Origin: a virus
Lineage: Duplodnaviria; Heunggongvirae; Uroviricota; Caudoviricetes
Virus record (IMG/VR): IMGVR_UViG_3300037419_001521
Length of the DNA stretch: 18,925 nt
Direction: 5' to 3' (one strand)
Shown: piece after piece, positions 7,400 to 14,479 of the stretch
How positions within the stretch are numbered: position 1 is the first letter of the stretch
Layout of the letters: each line of letters opens with the position of its first letter
Made by a program: the position numbers and the translations under genes
The notes under the pieces: generated by a model
The model's database searches: none
What the model was told of the DNA's origin: nothing
Seen by the model: the letters and a program-made list of their open reading frames with translations, nothing else

Positions 7400-10123
7400 A
7401 TGAAGAAACATCAAATGATTTGCACTCGCAGCGTCGACTTTCTACCGATTACGGCCGATGACAACACCCAGAGCGACGGCCGCACTCTCGAGGGTTACGC
7501 TGCGGTCTGGAATTCCCCGACTGAAATCAATTCCTGGGAAGGCCGCTTCGTCGAGCAGATCGCTCCAGGCGCTTTCCGGAAAACGTTGGCGGAACGCAAG
7601 CCCGTCATGCAGTACAACCACGGTCATGACGCGCGGGTGGGCACGGTTCCTATCGGTGTCTATACGCAGATCACCGAGGACGAAAGAGGTCTGCATGTAG
7701 TCGGCCGTCTTTTCGATAATGCGGTGGTCGAGCCGGTCCGTCAGGCGATTGAAGCTGGCGCTGTCTCGGGTATGAGTTTCGCTTTCGAAGTTGTCCGCGA
7801 CGAGTGGACCGACAATGCCGGAAAGCCGGTCAGCGAAGACGAACTCTATCGACTGCTGTACGAACCGCGCGACCGTGGCCCACTTCAGCGCACCATCCGC
7901 GAAGTCAGGCTCCGGGAAGCCGGTCCGGTCCTCAATCCGGCGTATGCCGACACCTCTGTGGGTGTGCGCAGTGCTGACGAGCTGTCCGATGCTGAGCGCG
8001 AAGCTATTGCCGCTGAATACCGCCGGACGATGGCCGAAGTCGACACCGCTGTCCGCGAGACCGAGCAGGCGCAGACCGACCTCACCGACGCGCACCGCGA
8101 AGCGGCCGAAACCATCGAGGAAATCCGCGAAGAGATCGATCCGCCGGTCGTAGAGGAAACCCGCGACGCGCCGATCACCGACCTCGACAAATACGACCTC
8201 GATGGCGACGACACCGGACCGGTCGAATACGAACAGTCTCACGTTGACGGCGTAATTAATCCCGAGGCCGACGACGAGGACCACCTTTTCGAAGACGGCA
8301 TGTGTGTCACTTGCGGCACCAATCATATGCGGTCCGATGACAAGCCGTACGGCGACGTTTCTTACGCCGACCCGAAGAACGGCAAATACCCGATCGATAC
8401 CAAGGCTCACGTTCGCGCGGCGTGGTCCTACATCAATATGCCGAAGAACCAGAAGAGCTACAGCTCCGACGAGCTTTCGGCAATCAAGTCGAGGATCAAG
8501 GCTGCGGCCAAGAAATTCGGCATCGAAATTAATGACTCAGAAGAGAAATCGGCGGAAGTCAGCGCCGTCCATCGCGACACCCTGACCGACCAGCCGGAAA
8601 TTCCCGAAAGCGACGCCGCCCTCGAGGGCACCTTGCAGACACGGGAGTCCCCCACCGAAAAGGAAATTCGAGCCGACGAGGCTCCCGTAATTGTTAGGAA
8701 GAGGATCTTGACTCTCACCGAACTGCGTCAGCGGCTGGCGGAAATCGACGCCCGTACTGACGAAATCAACACCGAATACCGCGACGCCGAGCTGTCGGCC
8801 GAGATCGAAACCGAGTTTGCCGAGCTGCGCGACGAGCGCCCGAAGATCGAGGCTCGTATCGAGAAGATTCTGGCGCGTATGGCCGAGCTGGAGGGCGCTG
8901 CTGCCGACACCGGCCGGACCGAGCGTACTTTCTCGAGCGCGCCGTCTGCTCCGCGTAAGCCGGAGAACATCTACGACCTGGGCGAGATTCGCGCTGCGGC
9001 CCACGGCGAGGAGGACTACCTGGGCCTGGTGCGTGACAACGCCAAGCGTGCGATCGAGCGCGGCCAGTACTCCCGGATGGCTTCTCGTGAGGATGCTCAG
9101 GGCCACGCCGAGATGCTGCTGGACACCATCGACGATGAGACCGGCACCCTCGCGCATCGGTTCCTGAAGACCGGTTCGCCGCTGTATGAGCGGGCCTGGT
9201 CGAAGGCGGTTGCTGCGGGTACGCCTCAGCTGCTGTCGGGTGAGGAGTACCGCGCTCTGAGCTTGGGAACTGACGGTAGCGGTGGGTATGCCGTGCCTTT
9301 CCAGCTGGACCCGTCGGTGATCCTGACCTCGGCTGGCGTGATCAACCCGCTGCGTGACATCTCTCGCGTCGAGCAGATCGTCGGCAAGGAGTGGATGGGT
9401 GTCGTGTCGGCGGGCGTGAGTGTGTCGCGTGCTGCTGAAGCGGCGGAGGCGTCGGATAACAGCTTCACGCTGACTCAGCCGACCGTCCGTACCAACAGGG
9501 TTCAGGGCTTCATTCCTTTCTCGTACGAGCTGGCCGAGAGCTGGGCTCAGGTGCGTAACGAGATCACCCGCGCTCTGGTTGATGCCAAGGGCCGGGAAGA
9601 GGCGAACAGCTTCATGAACGGGGATGGGACCGGGTTGAACGCCGGTGGTGTTATCGGCACTCTGTCGGGTGGTTCGCTGGTTGCTGCGACGTCGGGTCAG
9701 GCATTTACTGCCGCTGATGTGTACCACCTCGAGGAGAGCCTGGACCCGCGCTGGCGCACCCCGGATGCGAAGTTCATCGCGCATCGTGCAATTTACAATA
9801 AAATCCGCCAGTTCGATCAGTATGGCGGCGCTCAGTTGTGGCAGCGTATTGGCGCTGGAATGCCCGCTGAATTGCTGGGTTACTCGGCGCTGGAGTCTTC
9901 GGTGATGGATTCCACTCACGCTACCGGCGATTTGTTCCTGCTGTTCGGTAATTTCCAGCAGTTCCTTATCGTTGATCGAATCGGGATGAGCGTTGAGTTG
10001 ATCCCCCAGGTTTTTGGTGCTAACCAGCGGCCTACCGGTCAGCGAGGAATTTACGCCATCTGGATGAACAACTCGGCCGTTCTGGTTCCGGGTGCGTTCA
10101 AGGCCCTTCAGGGCACCGCCTAA
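7400..10123 (+). CDS. Fused prohead protease / acidic linker / YADP domain / major capsid protein (907 aa)
   Basis: About 7475-7972: HK97-type protease (TLEGYAAVWN, YNHG, GMSFAF, GPVLNPAY). 8336-8533: KPYGDVSYADP..KYPID domain. From 8708: coiled-coil scaffold then HK97-fold capsid (GSGGYAVPFQLD). No stop between the parts. Confidence 0.92.
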   Translation: MKKHQMICTRSVDFLPITADDNTQSDGRTLEGYAAVWNSPTEINSWEGRFVEQIAPGAFRKTLAERKPVMQYNHGHDARVGTVPIGVYTQITEDERGLHVVGRLFDNAVVEPVRQAIEAGAVSGMSFAFEVVRDEWTDNAGKPVSEDELYRLLYEPRDRGPLQRTIREVRLREAGPVLNPAYADTSVGVRSADELSDAEREAIAAEYRRTMAEVDTAVRETEQAQTDLTDAHREAAETIEEIREEIDPPVVEETRDAPITDLDKYDLDGDDTGPVEYEQSHVDGVINPEADDEDHLFEDGMCVTCGTNHMRSDDKPYGDVSYADPKNGKYPIDTKAHVRAAWSYINMPKNQKSYSSDELSAIKSRIKAAAKKFGIEINDSEEKSAEVSAVHRDTLTDQPEIPESDAALEGTLQTRESPTEKEIRADEAPVIVRKRILTLTELRQRLAEIDARTDEINTEYRDAELSAEIETEFAELRDERPKIEARIEKILARMAELEGAAADTGRTERTFSSAPSAPRKPENIYDLGEIRAAAHGEEDYLGLVRDNAKRAIERGQYSRMASREDAQGHAEMLLDTIDDETGTLAHRFLKTGSPLYERAWSKAVAAGTPQLLSGEEYRALSLGTDGSGGYAVPFQLDPSVILTSAGVINPLRDISRVEQIVGKEWMGVVSAGVSVSRAAEAAEASDNSFTLTQPTVRTNRVQGFIPFSYELAESWAQVRNEITRALVDAKGREEANSFMNGDGTGLNAGGVIGTLSGGSLVAATSGQAFTAADVYHLEESLDPRWRTPDAKFIAHRAIYNKIRQFDQYGGAQLWQRIGAGMPAELLGYSALESSVMDSTHATGDLFLLFGNFQQFLIVDRIGMSVELIPQVFGANQRPTGQRGIYAIWMNNSAVLVPGAFKALQGTA
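8708..10123 (+). other. Probable internal in-frame TTG start giving stand-alone major capsid precursor (471 aa)
   Basis: AGGAAGAGG at 8696-8704 precedes an in-frame TTG ACT CTC ACC GAA CTG CGT (MTLTELR...). Confidence 0.55.
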
Positions 10124-10139
10124 TCAACTAAGTGGAACG

Positions 10140-10200
10140 AAGGTCGACGACCCGGTAACGAATCCTCCGCGTTGGGTCCCTAGCGAGGATTGACCTTTTT
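10140..10200 (+). terminator. Structured element followed by a U-tract after the capsid gene (terminator/attenuator-like)
   Basis: AAGGTC (10140-45) pairs with GACCTT (10192-97), which runs into TTTTT; internal AATCCTC/GAGGATT and GACCC/GGGTC pairings. Confidence 0.5.
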
Positions 10201-10219
10201 CCATTGAAAGGACGGTTTT

Positions 10220-10468
10220 ATGTCTGATCGCATTTTTATCGCCAAGCACGCTTTCTGGTACCACGACGAGAAGGGCGATCACAAATTCGTCGGCACCGGC
10301 ACTCGTGTCCGCGAAGGTCATGCGCTGCTGGCCGGTCGTGAGCACCTTTTCCGCGAAGATGACGTTCTCGAGCCCGACGCTCCCGCTGTTGCCGTGAAGG
10401 CCGCCAAGCCCGCTGAGGACGAAGCTGCCGAACCTGCGCGTCGCGGTCGTCCCCGTAAGGCTGACTAA
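10220..10468 (+). CDS. Small post-capsid protein with basic RRGRPRK tail
   Basis: GAAAGGA RBS; position after the capsid gene; AT-hook-like GRP core at the C-terminus. Confidence 0.8.
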   Translation: MSDRIFIAKHAFWYHDEKGDHKFVGTGTRVREGHALLAGREHLFREDDVLEPDAPAVAVKAAKPAEDEAAEPARRGRPRKAD

Positions 10469-10490
10469 TCCCCGAAGGCGGTGATCACAA

Positions 10491-11132
10491 ATCTACGGTG
10501 ACAATTACTGCACGATCGACGATCTCAAAGCGTACATGCACCTCGACCCGAGTGACACCGCTTTCGATGCAGCTCTGAATACCGCGATCAATTCCGCGAG
10601 TCGGGAAATCGAGAACTATTGTTCGCGCCAGTTCAACAACGATTACGACGCGAATGATGTGCAGGCTGCTCCGATCACGCGGGTGTACAAGCCTACAGCG
10701 ATTCGGTTGGTGCTGGTCGACGACTTCTACACCACGGATGATCTCGTTATCCGTCATCGCACGATCACCGGCGGCCTGAGCGATCCCTGGACTGCGAACA
10801 CCTATTACGAGCTGGAGCCTGTCAACGGTGTCGTGAACGGTGTTCCGGGCTGGCCGTACCGGCGGTTGATTCTGCCGTACTGGCGCTACCTGTGGAATAT
10901 CTCCCGGATCGAGATCACCGCGCATTGGGGATGGGCTGCCGTTCCTGAAGCCGTGAAGCAAGCATGTCTGGTTGTGGCCGCGCAGAACTACAAGCTCGGT
11001 ACTGCCCCGTTGGGTATTTCCGGCACGCAGCTCGGCGGTGGTCACGGTTTGCCGTCGATGCGTATGCACGATATGCCGAACGCCGCTGAAATTCTCGAGC
11101 CGTACCGTTCTCCGCATCCGATGGTCGGGTAA
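10491..11132 (+). CDS. Head-tail adaptor (SPP1 gp15/HK97 gp6-like); apparent ATC start
   Basis: YCTIDDLKAYM N-terminal motif, A.NSASREIENYCSR, WGWAAVPEAVKQACL. The first ATG is at 10536, but the motif begins upstream of it. Confidence 0.8.
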   Translation: MYGDNYCTIDDLKAYMHLDPSDTAFDAALNTAINSASREIENYCSRQFNNDYDANDVQAAPITRVYKPTAIRLVLVDDFYTTDDLVIRHRTITGGLSDPWTANTYYELEPVNGVVNGVPGWPYRRLILPYWRYLWNISRIEITAHWGWAAVPEAVKQACLVVAAQNYKLGTAPLGISGTQLGGGHGLPSMRMHDMPNAAEILEPYRSPHPMVG

Positions 11133-11136
11133 TCCT

Positions 11137-11553
11137 ATGACGTATTCTCTCGACGATATACGCACCGCGCTGAAGACGACGATCAGAAACGCCATTCCCG
11201 GCTTGATCGTGTATCGGTCGGTAGAGGAAATGACCGAAGTCCCGTGCGCGATTCTCGAACCGAAGTACGCGGATTTCAACGGCGCTATGAATCGCGGCGA
11301 CGACGTCTGGCATTTCGACTGCTACATCATGGTTTCCCGGACCGAGCCGTTCTACGCCTACAAGAAGCTGGACTCGTATATCACCGGAAAAGGCCCGACA
11401 AGTATCCGAGAAGCTATTTACAACACGCCGAACCTCGGGCTGGACGATTCTGTTCTCGCGTATTGCTACGGGATGAAGGGTTACGGCGGTTCGTTCAATT
11501 CGGCGGCTATCAATCATATCGGTGCCGTGTTGATGATCACCGTGCACCACTGA
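11137..11553 (+). CDS. Putative tail terminator/completion protein
   Basis: ATG 4 nt after the adaptor stop; size and position between adaptor and tail tube; LDDIRTAL...PCAILEP pattern. Confidence 0.65.
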   Translation: MTYSLDDIRTALKTTIRNAIPGLIVYRSVEEMTEVPCAILEPKYADFNGAMNRGDDVWHFDCYIMVSRTEPFYAYKKLDSYITGKGPTSIREAIYNTPNLGLDDSVLAYCYGMKGYGGSFNSAAINHIGAVLMITVHH

Positions 11554-11579
11554 ATTCTTTCGAAAGGTGAGCCGAATAA

Positions 11580-11912
11580 ATGGCCGCTCTTACTGTTCAG
11601 AACATCGTCGACGCTGGTACCAAGCCCACGTTTTCCGCTGCGTCGACCGCTGACACCGCCGTGATCGGAAATGGCAGCAACACTTTCGTCGTATACAAGA
11701 ATGCCGACACCAGCGCGCACACCCTGACCATCACGGTCGCGGGAAATACGTCCTACGGTGTGGCGAATCCGCAGAAGACCGTCACTATCGGTGCGAATAC
11801 GGGCGAGGTGTGGGTTCCGCTGCGTAAAGCGTACGACGACGGCACCGGAAAGGCGCTGCTCGGCCTTGATGCGGCGACGAGCGTCACTGTGGCGGTGGTC
11901 AAGGTTGGTTAA
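11580..11912 (+). CDS. Small beta-rich putative virion (decoration-like) protein
   Basis: GAAAGG RBS; Thr/Ala/Val-rich beta-sandwich-like sequence; function not assignable. Confidence 0.65.
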   Translation: MAALTVQNIVDAGTKPTFSAASTADTAVIGNGSNTFVVYKNADTSAHTLTITVAGNTSYGVANPQKTVTIGANTGEVWVPLRKAYDDGTGKALLGLDAATSVTVAVVKVG

Positions 11913-12204
11913 TCCTCATGCCGAACGCTGGGAGGAAATCCGCCGCGCGAACCGTGATCAAGGATTGGCGACACGGCTTTTCCGGGTGGTCGGTCCGCAT
12001 GCGATCTCGGGGAAATGTACGGGCGAGACGGTCGAACTGGAAAGCACCCGGGCCCAGGCCGACGCCTTAATCCGCGCTGGTCACCTCGAAGAGATTCCAT
12101 TCGAAGCCGTCAGCGACGACACGTCCGATGTCGAAATCGCTGAAACGCCGGAGGAAAACGCTCCGGAAACAACTCCTAAGCGTGGGCGCAAAGCCCAATC
12201 GTGA
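11905..12204 (+). CDS. Hypothetical protein with acidic linker and basic tail (KRGRK)
   Basis: TTG start overlapping the upstream gene end (start position uncertain); ADALIRAGHLEEI motif; layout similar to the 10220 protein. Confidence 0.6.
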   Translation: MVNPHAERWEEIRRANRDQGLATRLFRVVGPHAISGKCTGETVELESTRAQADALIRAGHLEEIPFEAVSDDTSDVEIAETPEENAPETTPKRGRKAQS

Positions 12205-12242
12205 CCCTACACCCCATTCTAGTTTCAGAATAGAGAATACCT

Positions 12243-12662
12243 ATGCCTAACAAGTTCATCTTGCGGGATTGCTCGATCACCGTCAATGGCGTCGATTTTT
12301 CCGACCACGTTTCCAGCGTCGAGATCTCGCTCAAGAAAGCGTCGGTCGACACAACCAATTTCAGCGGGGGTGGAAAGGAGCAGCAGGCCGGTCTGAAGGA
12401 AGACGAGTTCACTATCGACTTCCAGCAGGACTTCAATGCCGCCGAGGTCGATGCAACCCTGTGGCCGCTGTACGACGACGAGACCGAGTTCCAGGTTGTG
12501 GTCAAGCCTACCAGCTCGGCCGTGTCGGCGACAAACCCGTCGTTCACCGGTACCTGCATCCTGCTCGAGTACACCCCCCTGACCGGCAAGGTTGGCGATC
12601 TGTCGACCACGAAGGTCAAGTTCCCGAGCCAGCGCTCCGGTATCGCCCGCGCCACCAGCTAG
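12243..12662 (+). CDS. Major tail (tube) protein
   Basis: ITVNGVDFSDHVSSVEI...DTTNF...GLK...TIDFQQDF...NPSFTG...G.VGDL tail tube pattern; strongly biased codons. Confidence 0.8.
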   Translation: MPNKFILRDCSITVNGVDFSDHVSSVEISLKKASVDTTNFSGGGKEQQAGLKEDEFTIDFQQDFNAAEVDATLWPLYDDETEFQVVVKPTSSAVSATNPSFTGTCILLEYTPLTGKVGDLSTTKVKFPSQRSGIARATS

Positions 12663-12664
12663 TC

Positions 12665-13192
12665 ATGTCCGAACACGACGCCCGGATGGAATTCTCCGTC
12701 GAGGGCTACGAAAAGTTCGGTGACGTCGCTCGCGTGATGGGCCGCGTCGATCGCAATTTCCCGAAGTGGATTCAGCAAGAGATCAAAAGGGAAGCCAAGC
12801 AGCTCTCCGCCGAGGCCAAGAAGTCGATTCAAGGCCAGCGCGCCGGGAGTAAGAAGCAAACCGGCATCCTGAACACCATCGCGGCCGGTATCGGCACCGA
12901 AGAGATCTCCGAGGACGACGAATTCGGCTGGATGGTCACCACGTCGATGCCGGAAGAGAACGAACAGTATCTCCCGCGCGGTTTCGATACGTCGTGGGGT
13001 GGCTTCAATCACCCGGTCTTCGCCAAGAAGGACACGCCTCGCTACTTGCGTAAATGGGAGCACCAGGACGGCAAGTACGACTGGTGGGTTCGTGTCATGG
13101 GCAAGGCGCAGCCGGATCTCGAGCCGAAACTTCAGGACGTCCTCGACAGGGGCGCTAAAGAGATTGCGGCGGCAGCCCAAGAAAAAGACTAG
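12665..13192 (+). CDS. HK97 gp10-like tail/neck completion protein (probable)
   Basis: ATG 2 nt after the tail tube stop; EFSVEGYEKF...helical...HPVF...W pattern; the long upstream extension in the ORF track overlaps the tail tube gene and is not credible. Confidence 0.55.
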   Translation: MSEHDARMEFSVEGYEKFGDVARVMGRVDRNFPKWIQQEIKREAKQLSAEAKKSIQGQRAGSKKQTGILNTIAAGIGTEEISEDDEFGWMVTTSMPEENEQYLPRGFDTSWGGFNHPVFAKKDTPRYLRKWEHQDGKYDWWVRVMGKAQPDLEPKLQDVLDRGAKEIAAAAQEKD

Positions 13193-13218
13193 GGGCTCTT
13201 GACGGAGCCTCGATAAGC

Positions 13219-13260
13219 GGTACGGACGGGATTTCTTTGCGGGCCGATCCCGTCCGTACC
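13219..13260 (+). promoter_or_regulatory. Perfect 14-bp inverted repeat (hairpin) in the 130-bp gap before the chaperone gene
   Basis: GGTACGGACGGGAT (13219-32) / ATCCCGTCCGTACC (13247-60), 14-nt loop; only a weak pyrimidine tail follows. Confidence 0.8.
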
Positions 13261-13322
13261 TCCATTTCATTCTAGCCCGCTGATTCAAGTCCCGCACAAG
13301 CTTTGAAAGGCTCGCAAAAACA

Positions 13323-13721
13323 ATGGCACTGCTCAATCGTGATCAGATTCTCGCCGCCGAGGACCGCAAGAGCGTAGAGGTCGACGTCCCCGAGTGGGGC
13401 GGTTCGGTCCTGGTTCGCACCCTGTCCGGCCGTGAGCGCGACGAATTCGAGTCCTCGACCGTCCGTACCCGTGGCGGCAAGCGCGAAGAGAACTTCGCTA
13501 ATTTCCGCGCCCGGCTGGTCGGTCTGTGCATGGTCGACGAACACAACCAGCGTCTGTTCAAGACCCGCAACGAAATCGACATGCTCGGCAACAAGTCCGT
13601 CGCAGCGCTCCAGCGTGTATTCAACGCCGCGCAGAAGCTCAACGGCATGAGTGACGAAGACGTCGAGGAGCTGACCGAGTCTTTCGACGAGACTCCCGAC
13701 GCGGATTCTATTTTCGACTAG
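13323..13721 (+). CDS. Tail assembly chaperone (lambda gpG analogue)
   Basis: VDVPEWGGSVLVRTLSGRERDEFE...RARLV...RLF motif; position between tail tube and tape measure. Confidence 0.88.
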   Translation: MALLNRDQILAAEDRKSVEVDVPEWGGSVLVRTLSGRERDEFESSTVRTRGGKREENFANFRARLVGLCMVDEHNQRLFKTRNEIDMLGNKSVAALQRVFNAAQKLNGMSDEDVEELTESFDETPDADSIFD

Positions 13722-14029
13722 CACTCGCGCTCGGGAAGACGGTCGAAGAACTACTTCAAACCACTTCCTCTTACGAACTCGCGGAGTGGCGAGCATACGA
13801 ACAGGCAACCGGCCCCCTCGGCAGCGCCTATTCCGACGACATGCTCGCCCACATCCACGAAAAACTCCAAGAGCTGCTGTTTCTCACAGGCAGTATGTGG
13901 TCCGCCGATGGCGAAAGCCCCGTCAAGCCGGTGTATCAGGTTCCGCGTCCTGCCGACATTTTCAAGCCCACCGAGGCCGAGGACGTCAGTGAGGACGTTG
14001 CTGAACTCAGCGCTCAATTCGACGAGTAG
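13712..14029 (+). CDS. -1 frame extension of the tail assembly chaperone (gpGT analogue)
   Basis: The -1 frame is open 13655-14029 and reads FRLALALGKTVEELL..SSYELAEWRAYE..GPLG, with no ATG/GTG/TTG before 13841. Confidence 0.75.
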   Translation, partial: FRLALALGKTVEELLQTTSSYELAEWRAYEQATGPLGSAYSDDMLAHIHEKLQELLFLTGSMWSADGESPVKPVYQVPRPADIFKPTEAEDVSEDVAELSAQFDE

Positions 14030-14061
14030 AACCGGCCTGCCCATTTTGAAAGGACGCCTTC

Positions 14062-14457
14062 GTGGCCAACCAAATCATTGATGTGACCCAGGCCGGTCCT
14101 GCCGTCTATATTCTCAATTCCGCGTCGCGCACCGCAACCCCTGACACGTTCGAAATCCAGGGTATCGACCGTTACAGCGGCCTCGTCGTGGTCTGCGACG
14201 TCACTGCGATCACTTCCACTCCGTCGATCACTGTCGCGGTGCAGGGCGTCGATCGCAAGTCCGGGAAGACCTGGACGATTCTGACTTCGGCGGCTATCAC
14301 CGCGACCGGCACCACGGTTCTGAAGATCCGGCCGGGTATCGCCGCGTCGGCGAATGTTGCCGCCTCTGACGTCCTGCCGCCTTTCACGCGCATCGCGGTC
14401 ACCCACAGTAATTCGAACGCGATCACGTATTCGGTGGCGGCGTATCTGACCAACTAA
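14062..14457 (+). CDS. Beta-rich (jelly-roll-like) putative virion protein
   Basis: GAAAGGA RBS before the GTG; SASRTAT...DVTA..TPS.T..QG.D..SG...ITYSV strand pattern. Confidence 0.7.
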   Translation: MANQIIDVTQAGPAVYILNSASRTATPDTFEIQGIDRYSGLVVVCDVTAITSTPSITVAVQGVDRKSGKTWTILTSAAITATGTTVLKIRPGIAASANVAASDVLPPFTRIAVTHSNSNAITYSVAAYLTN

Positions 14458-14479
14458 AGATCGGCGAGGGCGAAATCAG

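Noticed and set aside
4616-8410. Minus-strand ORFs over terminase, portal and protease (298, 205 and 322 aa)
   Set aside because: Fully overlap well-supported + strand genes; no motifs or RBS noted.
8537-9919. 460-aa minus-strand ORF opposite the capsid gene
   Set aside because: Antisense shadow expected from strong codon bias in a high-GC gene; no recognisable motifs.
10124-10219. Post-capsid spacer considered as a tRNA or a known ribozyme
   Set aside because: No cloverleaf, and no hammerhead, twister, pistol or HDV core residues recognised; kept only as an unclassified structured RNA.
10972-12664. Long 5' extensions in the ORF track (starts at 10972, 11758, 12269; also 494 and 3757)
   Set aside because: They overlap upstream genes in other frames; shorter starts abutting the previous stop fit better.
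12215-13275. CATTCTAG present in two intergenic regions (12215 and 13268)
   Set aside because: Only an 8-mer with two copies; chance cannot be excluded.
5700-14053. Recurrent GAAAGG before starts (5700, 10206, 11562, 13305, 14048), with CCATT..GAAAGGACG shared by two
   Set aside because: Ordinary actinobacterial Shine-Dalgarno sequence; too short to call an operator or stoperator.
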